A DNA stretch of 64,000 nucleotides. Source: Macrostomum lignano (lineage: Eukaryota). The notes below the pieces were generated by a model. It did no database searches, was not told the DNA's origin, and was given only the letters and a program-made list of their open reading frames with translations. Location: positions 124,001 through 188,000 of the forward strand of contig NIVC01002124.1 in NCBI GenBank assembly GCA_002269645.1, given 5' to 3'. Shown in pieces: positions 38,150 to 50,384 of this stretch. Position 1 is the stretch's first letter. Each line of letters starts with the position of its first letter. The translations under genes and the position numbers were made by a program.

Positions 38150-38318
38150 CCAATAGGAGCCGAGCAGCCAATAGGAGACGGCCTGGGGCAGCCCAGGGGC
38201 CACGCGAGAGGGGCGGCGGCCACGGCTAGAAAAGGAGGCGCCACGTGGCGGGCCTCGTGTCAGGCGCACTCTGTTTAGCACTCAGCAGGCAGTCAGAACG
38301 CAGGCCAAACACGCGACC
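38150..38318 (+). promoter_or_regulatory. Proximal promoter of achaete-scute copy 1 (shared with copy 2)
   Basis: CCAAT at 38150 and 38168, CACGCG at 38201 and 38310, GC-box-like gggcggcgg, palindromic GCCACGTGGC at 38240, and CTCGTG (N-box) at 38254. Confidence 0.55.
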
Positions 38319-39195
38319 ATGTCATCAACAGCTGACAGGCAGCACTTGCCGGTGCCCTCCTTCCTGCGACTGCAGCAGCTCCGGGCAGCAGGCGACGCCT
38401 CCGGGCCGACTCGGCAGCCGCTGGGCGAGCGGTGCTCCAACCTGCCGCCTCGGCCGCCGCAGAAGCCGCCGGGCTCCGAGGCGGCCAAAGCCGCGGCCGC
38501 TGCCGCTTCAAACGCCGCCGCCAACACCGCCGCCGCCGCACGTCCAGCCGCCTCGTCGATGCAGCGTCGCAACCAGCGCGAGAGGAACCGCGTCAAGCTG
38601 CTCAACCTCGGCTTCGAGCGGCTTCGCCAGCTGGTGCCGAGCGATGACGGACAGAGGCTGAGCAAGATCGCCACCCTGCGGGCCGCCATCGCCTACATCC
38701 GCAGCCTGCAGGAGCTGCTGGACCAGGACGACTGCGGAGGCTGCGGCTGCGACGGCTGCGCGGCCTGCGGCGGCCCCGGCGACTCCTGGATGGCGGAGCA
38801 GCCGCGGCAGGAGGCCGAGTCGGTGGCGACGCGGCCGGAGGGCCAAAACACCTTCAGCTTTTAATTGAGTGCTCTGCGCTTTTTTGCGAAACTCTGCTTT
38901 TCGGTGCTCCAATGCTTTTTTGCTGTTTTCTGCTTTCGCTTTCGTAGCATTTTTACCTGCGTTTTTTCGCTCCAAGTTTTTTTTTCCGTGCCGCCTCTGT
39001 CAAGCGAGAACATCCAAGCCAAGCAGCTTCTCTTTCAGCATCTTCCGCATCAGCGGGGCAACTCAGCAGCGCTTGGATTTTGTCGCTTTTCAGATCTTCT
39101 TTCTCAGCCTGCTTTTTTCAACTCAGCTTTTGCTGCTCGCTCAGATTTTCTGTTAGGAGTTTTCTAGATAGGAACTTTTCTTTATTTTTTTAGAT
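38158..39195 (+). repeat. Left arm of ~1.04-kb inverted duplication
   Basis: Near-identical reverse complement of 50385..51427. Confidence 0.95.
38319..38864 (+). CDS. ASCL: Achaete-scute family bHLH transcription factor, copy 1, intronless, 181 aa
   Basis: [25 protein letters not shown]...[23 protein letters not shown] matches the achaete-scute bHLH; Ala-rich N-terminal segment. Confidence 0.93.
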   Translation: MSSTADRQHLPVPSFLRLQQLRAAGDASGPTRQPLGERCSNLPPRPPQKPPGSEAAKAAAAAASNAAANTAAAARPAASSMQRRNQRERNRVKLLNLGFERLRQLVPSDDGQRLSKIATLRAAIAYIRSLQELLDQDDCGGCGCDGCAACGGPGDSWMAEQPRQEAESVATRPEGQNTFSF

Positions 39196-39826
39196 TTCTC
39201 AGATAGACTTTACAATTTCATAGACTTTTAGGATTTTTCTTGTGTTTTATCTCCAGAGCTCAATTTCTTGCTGTGCGGCACGTGTCCCTATTAATTGATA
39301 TCGGTGTCCGAGGCTCCGACCTTCCCTCTGTTGCTGTCGCCTGTCGAGTTTTTTTTCACACTTTCTAAATTGAATTCTTCTATGTAAATGACTCCCTCCG
39401 TTTCGCTTGGTGCTTTTAATCTAATTAAATTATTGCTCATGTTTCAATGCTATCATAGTTAGTATTTGTAGTCAGCTATTAAAATTGACGTAACTAAATA
39501 AATCTAATCTCTGGATTTTGTACTTTTACGTAGCTCGTATTTAAAACAAAAAACGAACCTTTGAGTTTGAGTTTGTTTGCTATTTGATTTCTTCTGACTA
39601 ACTAAATGTATTCATTCGTAATTGTCGGAGTGCAAGTGCCTGGCCTTGTCAGTTCAAGCAAGTGCAAATTGAATGTCCAAAATGTCAGGGACTGGGGTTA
39701 TCCCAATCTGTATTCTCACACCTGAGATTGTAGCTCGCACCTTTGTTATACTCATTTCGATGTCTGAATTTCAAAACGCAAAACGCATGGAACACCTTGA
39801 GATTAATCGCTTTCCGCAATCTCATT

Positions 39827-40520
39827 CCCGAATCACACCTGAGATTATCTCAATTCAGGATTCTCACACCTGAGATTATCTCCATTCAGGATTCTCACAC
39901 CTGAGATTATCTCCATTCAGGATTCTCACACCTGAGATTATCTCCATTCAGGATTCTCACACCTGAGATTATCTCCATTCAGGATTCTCACACCTGAGAT
40001 TATCTCCATTCAGGATTCTCACACCTGAGATTATCTCCATTCAGGATTCTCACACCTGAGATTATCTCCATTCAGGATTCTCACACCTGAGATTATCTCC
40101 ATTCAGGATTCTCACACCTGAGATTATCTCCATTCAGGATTCTCACACCTGAGATTATCTGCATTCATGATTCTCACACATGAGATTATCTCCATTCAGG
40201 ATTCTCACACATGAGATTATCTCCATTCAGGATTCTCAAACCTGAGATTATCTCCATTCAGGATTCACACACCTGAGATTATCTCCATTCAGGATTCTCA
40301 CACCTGAGATTATCTGCATTCATGATTCTCACACATGAGATTATCTCCATTCAGGATTCTCACACATGAGATTATCTCCATTCAGGATTCTCAAACCTGA
40401 GATTATCTCCATTCAGGATTCTCAAACCTGAGATTATCTCCATTCAGGATTCTCAAACCTGAGATTATCTCCATTCAGGATTCTCAAACCTGAGATTATC
40501 TCCATTCAGGATTCTCACAC
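39827..40520. repeat. 31-bp minisatellite, ~22 copies
   Basis: Unit ctgagattatctccattcaggattctcacac. Confidence 0.95.
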
Positions 40521-40564
40521 AATACGCATCCCGAGATTGTATCTATTTTATCTATTTAGCTTCT

Positions 40565-41035
40565 CACACCATGAGATTATCCCTACTCAGATTCGCACGC
40601 CTTGAGATTATCCCCGATTCTGATTCTTGCTGTCTGAGATTATCTCAAATTCAGATTCTTGCTCTCTGAGATTATCTCAAATTCAATATCATTCTCTGAG
40701 ATTATCCCGAATTCAATATCATGCTCTCTGAGATTATCTCAAATTCAATATCATGCTCTCTGAGATTATCTCAAATTCAATATCATGCTCTCTGAGATTA
40801 TCCCGAATTCAATATCATGCTCTCTGAGATTATCCCGAATTCAATATCATGCTCTCTGAGATTATCCCGAATTCAATATCATGCTCTCTGAGATTATCCA
40901 AAACTCAGATTCTCACGCATTGAGATTATCTCTATTTAGATTCTTGCTCTCTGAGATTATCCCAAACTCAGATTCTTGTTCTCATAGGATCATCTCAAAT
41001 TCAGATTTTCGGTCTCTAAGATTATCCCTATTTAG
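40565..41035. repeat. ~32-bp related degenerate minisatellite
   Basis: Unit tctgagattatcccgaattcaatatcatgctc. Confidence 0.85.
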
Positions 41036-41715
41036 ATTCTCCGCCCCTGTAATATTTTCCCATTTAGATTGTCGCTCCCTGGACAATGAAGAAATGGAAT
41101 AAAAAGCTATAAACTTAATTTATGCCTCGAGACTCAACTGGCCCAGAGTTCACTGTGACATTAAGGCATCTAAAATTCAATTCACGCTCGGCATGCTGAA
41201 GTGAGGCAGCTGAGGCCATATCGGTCGAATTCCGATCAAAAACATTTTCATCCAATCTTCCCATTCTTCCTTTCAGATTTCGGGGCCGCTCTCTGCAGAG
41301 CCCCCGCAATCTGTCAACGTGGAAAAACTTCCAACTTATAGTTCTAAGTGACGAAAATTGGGAAATTATGAGCCAGACTTGGACTGACTGAGGATAAATA
41401 TCCCAATAAATATATAGTGTCTTTGTTTTTTATATCCCAATCGATACCTCTTATCCCACCCTCCCGGGGAGCCGCAAATATTTGCAGTAGTGGCGCATCC
41501 GGCTCCGATTCCGCCCACACATCTGTCGCGTGGATTCCGGTCTGGGCAATTATGAAAATCATCAGTTAGTTGATAATTTATTATCCCACTCAGCATCATC
41601 TGGGACCGGACAAGGCCAGGGAGACTTGGCAGTGAAACTCCCTCACCCAGGTGGCCAGGCCAGTTGGATTCCAAGAAATAGCTTGCCAAGAATGAGCACA
41701 AACTCAGTGTTTATG

Positions 41716-42305
41716 CGATGCGATGGGATAAGATGAGAGAGCAGAAACATAAGAAGATAGGAGAGAAGATAGGAGAGAGAAGATGAGAGGGTAGCGGGAG
41801 AAGAGAAAAGAGGGACAGAGCAGAGAAGATAAGAGAGGGGAGAGACGAAAGAAGAGAGAAGAGAGGAGATAGGAGAGAAGAGAGCCGAGGGAAGAATGGA
41901 GAGAAGAGAACCGAGGGGAGAGTGGAGAGAAGAGAGGAGAGGGGAGAGAAAAGAGAATGGAGAGTGGAGAGAAGAGAACCGAGGGAGAGTGGAGAAGAGA
42001 GTGGAGAGAAGAGAGAAGAAGGGAGAGTGGAGAGAAGAGAGAAGAAGGGAGACTGGAGACTGGAGAGAAGAGAACCGAGGGGAGAGAGGAGAGAAGAGAG
42101 AAGAAAGGGAGAGAGAAGATGGGAGAGAGAAGATGGGAGAGAAGATGGGAGAGAGAAGATGGGAGAGAGAAGATGGGAGAGAGAAGATGGGACAGAGAAG
42201 ATGGGAGAGAGAAGATGGGAGAGAGAAGATGGGAGAGAGAAGATGGGAGAGAGAAGATGGGAGAGAGAAGATGGGAGAGAGAAGATGAGAGAGCTGAGAA
42301 GAGAC
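41716..42305. repeat. GA-rich simple repeat (gagaagatgggagaga)n
   Basis: Direct inspection. Confidence 0.95.
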
Positions 42306-42936
42306 GCAAACCTTGAACGGTTGTGATTGCTATTGTGAAGTTTCAAGGGACCCGAGGGCTGGAGTATGTCGAACCCCAGGGCCGCCAGCCTAATGCTCAG
42401 CCGCACACGGAGCCGGTCGGCCCTACTGAAATTTCACACTGATTCGTCCCGTTCCTTTAAAAAAAGCATCATAGTCCAATTATTAATTTTTTCATACGCA
42501 AGCGAGCGAGCCTCGATACCCTGTAATTTTTGGCAAACAGCTCTCGCCATCCCGGGGGGGGGATGTTGGAAATTCAATAACCAGCGCGGGAGCTGTTTTG
42601 GAACTTTTTTTCCAAACCAGTGACCGCCTGTTGCTCTGCGCCCCCCCCTGCGTAATGGCGGTTTGCGTGCCGGTTCGGCGCCAACAAAAACTCCCCCGAG
42701 TCCCCGCAAACTTGGGATTGGGGGTGGGGTGGAGGAAAATTAATTTTTAATTTAATTGCCATGCAAGCTAAAAAACAGGGCCCCGCCAGTTCCGCATTTC
42801 ACTTCCGCACCGTCTGATCGAATCAGCGAATTCAAGCAGAGAGACCATCGATGAGGCCGATCTCCAGCCCAGGATAGCTATAGACATGGACTGCTAAACA
42901 TACTTTGACTGGAAGGCCAAAGTCCTACAGCGGGGG

Positions 42937-43453
42937 CATCATAAACCCGAAATATCACAAACCCGAAATATCACAAACCCGAAATATCCCAAACCCGAAA
43001 TATCACAAACCCGAAATATCACAAACCCGAAATATCACAAACCCGAAATATCACAAACCCTAAATATCACAAACCCGAAATATCACAAACCCGAAATATC
43101 ACAAACCCGAAATATCACAAACCCGAAATATCACAAACCCGAAATATCACAAACCCGAAATATCACAAACCCTAAATATCACAAACCCGAAATATCACAA
43201 ACCCGAAATATCACAAACCCGAAATATCACAAACCCGAAATATCATATCTCCGAAAGTTCTAGCAATGTCCAACACTATTTTGGTTTTCGGAGTTATGAT
43301 ATTTCGGGTTTATGATATTTCGGGTTTGTGATATTTCGGGTTTATGATATTTCGGGTTTGTGATATTTCGGGTTTATGATATTTCGGGTTTATGATATTT
43401 CGGGTTTACGATGGGAAGTGCTTTCGGAGTTGTGATTTTTCGGGTTTGTGATG
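42937..43453. mobile_element. Foldback-like element: inverted arrays of a 16-bp unit around a short loop
   Basis: (aaacccgaaatatcac)x~19, then ctccgaaa...ttttcggag, then (gtgatatttcgggttt)x~9. The outer ends catcataaacccgaaa / tttcgggtttgtgatg are complementary apart from one mismatch. Confidence 0.75.
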
Positions 43454-44139
43454 GCGACCCTCCTCCAGTTCGTGCGGCAGGGAAACTGGCCGCCGAGATG
43501 CAGACAGTGTACACTGACGGACGATACGAAAGTCAGAGCCGCTGTCCCCAACCAGTCCAAAATGCTTCTCAGGGTCCATGGCTGTGGCGCATTACCAGCC
43601 ATATTTGTGTTGCTACGCCAGCGTTTCCGCCAAAATGCCAGTTGGAGTTGGGGAAGGGGGGCGCCCTTCCTTACCTCACTGGGCCGGAAATGTCATGCGG
43701 CCCCAACCCGTGTCTGCATCAAAAATTTCCCCGTTTAAATCAGTTATCTTTTGTTGCCGTGGGGTTGTGGGGATATTCATGAAAAAATGAAAAATATCGG
43801 TTCTCGAATAACAGAAGTCGCGATTATTTTTTCTCTTATCAGTGCTGCCTCCTTGATCTTGAGTCGGTGGCTGGGTGGGCATGAGATCCCGACTTTGTCA
43901 TTGATCCTTGTTTTCTTTCAAATTGGAAAAACTGCTGGTAAAGTGAGAGTGCAGGGCGAGTGCTGCTCTTGCTCGCTTGTCATGCGGGTACCAGCGGTTT
44001 TTTTAACTATTAAGAGGAAAACAATCTATCTACTGATCTTCTTATAGCTGCCATTTGATAAATTATTTGCTGCTTTTGCTAGTTTTTGAGGTGAATGCTT
44101 TTCAACTAAACTGTGGGAGTCATCACATGAAATCATATG

Positions 44140-45436
44140 AGTCACGGGGATCATGGAGGTCACTGGGGATCATGAAAGTCATCACCCTGAGATCATTGGA
44201 GTCATCACCTGAGATCATTGGAGTCATCACCTGAGATCATGGAAGTCATCACCTGAGATAATGTAGGTCATCACCTGAGATCATTGGACTCATCACCTGA
44301 GATCATGTGAGTCACCACCTGAGATCATGAAAGTCACCACCTGAGATCATTGGAGTCACCACCTGAGATCATTGGAGTCATCACACCTGAGATCATGGGA
44401 GTCACCACCTGAGATCATGGGAGTCATCACCTGAGATCATGGGAGTCACCATGATCACCACCTGAGATCATGGGAGTCATCACCTGAGATCATGGGAGTC
44501 ACCACCTGAGATCATGGGAGTCACCACCTGAGATCATTGGAGTCATCACACCTGAGATCATGGGAGTCACCACCTGAGATCATGAAAGTCATCACCTGAG
44601 ATCATCAAAGTCACCACCTGAGATCATAAAAGTCATCACCTGAGATCATAGGAGTCACCACCTGAGATCATCAAAGTCACCACCTGAGATCATTGGAGTC
44701 ATCACCTGAGTTCATGAGAGTCAACTGGGATCATGGGAGTCAACTGGGATCATGGGAGTCATTGGGGATCATGGGAGTCATTGAGGATCATGGGAGTCAT
44801 TGAGGATCATGGGAGTCAACTGGGATCATGGGAGTCATTGAGGATCATGGGAATCATCATCTGAGTTCATGAGAGTCAACTGGGATCATGGGAGTCATTG
44901 AGGATCATGGGAGTCATTGAGGATCATGGGAGTCAACTGGGATCATGGGAGTCATTGAGGATCATGGGAATCATCATCTGAGTTCATGAGAGTCAACTGG
45001 GATCATGGGAGTCAACTGGGATCATGGGAGTCATTGAGGATCATCGGAGTCATCACCTGAGTTCATGAGAGTCAACTGGGATCATGGGAGTCATTGAGGA
45101 TCATGGGAGTCATCAGATGAGTTCATGAGAGTCAACTGGGATCATGGGAGTCATTGGGGATCATCGGAGGCATCACCTGAGTTCATGAGAGTCAACTGGG
45201 ATCATGGGAGTCATTGAGAATCATCGGAGTCATCACCTGAGTTCATGAGAGTCAACTGGGATCATGGGAGTCAACTGGGATCATGGGAGTCATTGAGGAT
45301 CATGGGAATCATCATCTGAGTTCATGAGAGTCAACTGGGATCATGAGAGTCAACTGGGATCATGGGAGTCATTGAGGATCATCGGAGTCATCACCTGAGT
45401 TCATGAGAGTCAACTGGGATCATGGGAGTCATTGGG
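44140..45436. repeat. ~19-22-bp minisatellite with a switch of unit type at ~44715 and higher-order blocks
   Basis: cacctgagatcatgggagtcac units, then aactgggatcatgggagtc / attgaggatcatgggagtc blocks. Confidence 0.95.
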
Positions 45437-46189
45437 GATTTTTCAAATCGGACCTATGGGTGCTTAATAAGCGGGAATTGTATGATTTAATCTATGAATA
45501 TATTACGCCCCTCAAATGCTATTTTCATTGTAAAGATGCATCTACATGGAGCTATTTAATCTCATCCCAGCTTATACCGCTCCCACCATTAAGCATAGAA
45601 GTTAGTCTTGTTCGACTGCAGTCTTTTAATTATGCCTCTAAGTCATAAAGAATGCATTTATTGCTCTCTGAGCGATACCTAGACTTGAAATGAGCAATAT
45701 AAATATGAGAGAAGCATCAGCAAGTTTATTGAGAGCTTATAGCTTTACGACAGCAGACCAATAGACTGGAACAATTAGAAAGAACCGCAATTGGCCTCAA
45801 AGGGGAATTATGGAGCACAGCTGAACAAAGATTCCCCAATTTCTCTGCAGACCCAGTACCCCCCCCCCCCCTAACACTCACGGACGCAAACAAGTTCCTT
45901 AGGCTCTGGCAAACAAAAATTTGAACTGAACTCGAACTGCGGAGCAATAAAAACTCAGAATAATCATCACCATCAGGCAACCCCCCCTGTTCACTTTCTC
46001 AGACACTTCAGCCTCAGAGTTGCCAAATATTTGCTGTGACTGTTGTCTGTTCCCTGTTCTCACGAACCCGTGACAGCCTCTCGCACTCTGGCTTCATCAC
46101 CATTGCAGGGCCATACAGTGTCCCTATTTTGGTTTTATGGGGAATATTTCTTCTTCATCTACACATTTTTCATTCAATTCGAGTCCCCA

Positions 46190-47552
46190 ATTGGAATCTC
46201 ACGAAGTATAACCCATCGAGAATCTCTCCGTACTAAATCTTCCCAATCGAGAATCTCATCCTTACTGAATCATCCCAATCGAGAATCTCACCATACTGAA
46301 TCATCCCAATCGAGAATCTCACCATACTGAATCTTCCCAATCGAGAATCTCACGCTTACTGAACCTTCCCATTCGAGAATCTCACCATACTGAATCTTCC
46401 CAGTCGAGAATCTCACCCTTACTGAACCTTCCTAATCGAGAATCTCACCATACTGAATCTTCCCAATCGAGAATCTCACCATACTGAATATTCCCAATCG
46501 AGAATCTCATCCTTACTGAACCTTCCCAATCGAGAATTTCACCTTTACTGAATCTTCCCAATCGAGAATCTCACCCTACTGAATCTTCGCAATCGAGAAT
46601 CTCACCCTTACTGAACCTTCCTAATCGAGAATCTCACCATACTGAATCTTCCCAGTCGAGAATCTCACCCCTACTGAACCTTCCCAATCGAGAATTTCAC
46701 CTTTACTGAATCTTCCCAATCGAGAATCTCACCCTACTGAATCTTCCAAATCGAGAATCTCACCCTATTGAATTTTCCCAATAGAGAACCTCATCCTACT
46801 GAATCTTCCCAGTCGAGAATCTCACCCCTACTGAATCTTCCCAATCGAGAATTTCACCTTTACTGAATCTTCCCAATCGAGAATCTCACGCTTACTGAAT
46901 CTTCCCAATCGAGAATCTCACCCTTACTGAACCTTCCCAATCGAGAATCTCACCCTACTGAATCTTCGCAATCGAGAATCTCACCCTTACTGAACCTTCC
47001 TAATCGAGAATCTCACCATACTGAATCTTCCCAGTCGAGAATCTCACCCCTACTGAACCTTCCCAATCGAGAATTTCACCTTTACTGAATCTTCCCAATC
47101 GAGAATCTCACCCTACTGAATCTTCCAAATCGAGAATCTCACCCTTACTGAATCTTCCCAATCGAGAATTTCACCTTTACTGAATCTTCCCAATCGAGAA
47201 TCTCACCCTACGGAATCTTCCAAATCGAGAATCTCACCCTATTGAATCTTCCCAATAGAGAACCTCATCCTACTGAGTCTTCCCAGTCGAGAATCTCACC
47301 CCTACTGAATCTTCGCAATCGAGAATCTCACCCTTACTGAACCTTCCCAATCGAGAATCTCACCCTACTGAATCTTCCCAATAGAGAACCTCATCCTACT
47401 GAATCTTCCCAGTTGAGAATCTGACCATACTGAATGTTCCCAATCGAGAATCTCATCCTACTGAATCTTCCCAGTCGAGAATCTGACCATACTGAATGTT
47501 CCCAATCGAGAATCTGACCATACTGAATGTTCCCAATCGAGAATCTCACCCC
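46190..47552. repeat. 31-32-bp minisatellite
   Basis: Unit aatcgagaatctcacc(c/a)tactgaatcttccc. Confidence 0.95.
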
Positions 47553-48603
47553 AGTAAATATCCCCTTTAAAAACCCTATCTCGGGTTACCAATCGAACTG
47601 AGTTCCAACTTGCCATCCGTCCGTCCGCAGCTTCCGCAGGCTCTTCATCTCAGACAGCGATCAGCTTCTCAAAAAACTGTCTATTACAGATAGAAATCTG
47701 GAGAGCGCAGCAGGAACTGCATTGGAGCAGCGGGGAAAAATCTGCATATTTGATGGAAGATTGGAAAGATTAAACTTGCTGTCAACGCTCTCTACGGGGT
47801 GGGAGCTAAAAATGGGAAAAGTGGTCGAAAAAAAATCCCAGACAGACACAGAATGAGTAGCTCACTAGAGTTGCCCAGCAAGCAGGCTTAGAATGTTGCT
47901 GCTCAGTTTTTCCTCTTATCAGGACAACGGGGGGTCCACCCCCCTAGGGAGGGTCCGATGCCCCCCTCCGCCCAGTGGGAGCTTTTATTATCTTCCCGCC
48001 GGCCCTGAAATCCTCAAGGGGGGGGGTAAAAAATCCCATCGATAAATGAATGGGATTCAGCCTTCGACACGCAACATTGAGGCTTTTTTCATAACCAACC
48101 TCGAAGCTTTTTCATGCCGCGCAAAAGTTCTGAATGCTGAGTAGCCTAATAATAATGATAATCATTCGACCCTTGACTGAGAAGTGCCGCCCCAGTTTTA
48201 GCTGACAGAAAAAAGACGTGGAGTTCTTGAACGCCACTCGAGACAGACAGACAGGCAGGCAGGGGGCCCGTGGGTGTGGCTGTAATTGGCTAAATGGGAG
48301 AAAAAAATCGCATTTTTTTGCTTATAATATAATTTGACAACAGACAAAACTATCACTTCCGTTATCTGTGAGACTGTGTTTTTCCAGGAAATATGAGTGT
48401 ATACATTATGATTATGTATGCATGAATATAGAAGGAAAATGAAAGTAGCCATGATGCGATACCCCCACAGACACGTGCTGCGCCACGTGCGCGCAGGTGT
48501 CACCCCGTCCGGTTATGCCAAGAAGTTTTGATTTTGAGTTTTAATTGCTCGTCATTAGCAGCTGATGCTGTATCAGACTGAGTAGCTCTGGTTAAAACAC
48601 AGC

Positions 48604-49096
48604 TTGGGGTAGCGCCATACATACTGAAAGATAGAACGGGGTAGCGCCCTTCGTACTGAAAGATAGAACAGGATAGCGCCCTTCATTCTGAAGGATAGAA
48701 CGGGATAGCGCCATACGTACTGAAGGATAGAACGGGATAGCGCCATACGTACTGAAGGATAGAACGGGATAGCGCCCTTCATTCTGAAGGATAGAACGGG
48801 ATAGCGCCCTTCATTCTGAAGGATAGAACGGGATAGCGCCATACGTACTGAAGGATAGAACGGGATAGCGCCCTTCGTACTGAAAGATAGAACAGGATAG
48901 CGCCCTTCATTCTGAAGGATAGAACGGGATAGCACCCTTCATTCTGAAGGATAGAACGGGATAGCGCCCTTCATTCTGAAGGATAGAACGGGATAGCGCC
49001 ATACGTACTGAAGGATAGAACGGGATAGCGCCCTTCGTACTGAAAGATAGAACAGGATAGCGCCCTTCATTCTGAAGGATAGAACGGGATAGCGCC
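48604..49096. repeat. 32-bp minisatellite with a 96-bp (3-unit) higher-order period
   Basis: Unit gaaggatagaacgggatagcgcccttcattct; the translated repeat is 32 aa. Confidence 0.93.
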
Positions 49097-49544
49097 ACCA
49101 ACTCAAAGCATGTACTTCAAAGCATGGACATAGACCGCTATCAATCCCCTAAGATAGTTGTGTTCGTAAACTCATAATTTGTATTTTAGGTGATAAATTG
49201 CACCGACAGAAGGGGGCGGGGACCGGTGACACCTGATCAGTCAGTTATGGGGTGGGGAGGGGCAGAGACAGACGGACAGACAAGACAGACAGTGAATTGC
49301 TCCGGGACAAGATGAGCGATTTGAAACTGTTTTGAAGCCTGAGTGAGCTTTCGCGCGTGTGCATGGAAAATCCCTTTTGTGCCTGTGCAACTTGGACCAT
49401 AGACTGACTATGCGCCCTCCGGGGTTTGGCCTAGAGAGCAGGTTGATTGCGCAACTACGCTTAAAAACGCGCCATCATCAATAGCTATCAACGTTACGGG
49501 AAAGTTTAGTCTATAATGTGCTACATTTTATGTCTACAACGCCC

Positions 49545-49862
49545 TATTTGATGTCTATAAGGAATCATATTTGATTTCTAGAAGACGCCATATTTGATGT
49601 CTATAAGGCGCCATAACTGATGTCTATAAGGCGCCATAACTGATGTCTATAAGGCGCCATAATTGATGTCTATAAGGCGCCATATTTGATGTCTATAAGG
49701 CGCCATAATTGATGTCTATAAGGCGCCATAATTGATGTCTATAAGGCGCCATAACTGATGTTTATAAGGGGCCATAATTGATGTCTATAAGGCGCCTTAA
49801 CCGATGTCTATAAGGCGCTATAATTGATCTCTATAAGGCGCCATAACCTATGTCTATAAGAC
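49545..49862. repeat. 23-bp minisatellite
   Basis: Unit gatgtctataaggcgccataatt. Confidence 0.93.
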
Positions 49863-50384
49863 ACTTTAGCTGAAAATTATCAGATAAATGTCAATTTAAA
49901 AAAAACTTAAGCTGTTGATTTGCTGAACTCATGCTCAAAGCTTTCATAATCACGCCCAGGCCACGTGTCCCTGCTAGCGCCATCTTCGATAACACGTGCG
50001 CACCGTTCTAAACATCCTTCCCTACGATCCCTACGAGTTTTTTCCCTACGAGCAAATAAAGTTAAATTCAACAGGGCTTAACTTTGTACTGACTTGAAAT
50101 TTAATTTGAAGTAGAATTAAGCTACGGGGATGCATATATATTTAGTTATGTTATTATTTACACAATAATTGCTCAACAAAGCAAAAAACATATAAGATTC
50201 GAATGAAATTGAAATCGAAACTGACTGTCGAATTGAATAAAAATTAAAAAAACAGAAATAAAACATTGGATACAAAGAGCAAACAAGAAAACTGACAAAA
50301 GTTCAAATGAAAGTGCCGCAACAAAAATCAAGACAATATAAAATACAAAGGCCTATATCTAAACAAAAATGTCTACACAAAATT

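Noticed and set aside
38245-38975. Overlapping alternative-frame and antisense ORFs over the ASC genes (also 50530..51341) and over MRPS31 (30932..31687)
   Set aside because: Shadow ORFs expected from GC-rich coding sequence; no recognisable domains.
43411-44047. ORFs next to the foldback hairpin as a MULE transposase
   Set aside because: Only a vague 'VHG..ALPAIFVLL' resemblance; no ordered DDE motifs could be reconstructed.
39827-47552. 31-bp arrays at 39.8-41.0 kb and 46.2-47.5 kb as mirrored arms of a large foldback
   Set aside because: They share short motifs in opposite orientation (TGAGATT/AATCTCA, ATTCAG/CTGAAT), but motif order is not colinear and the units do not align end to end.
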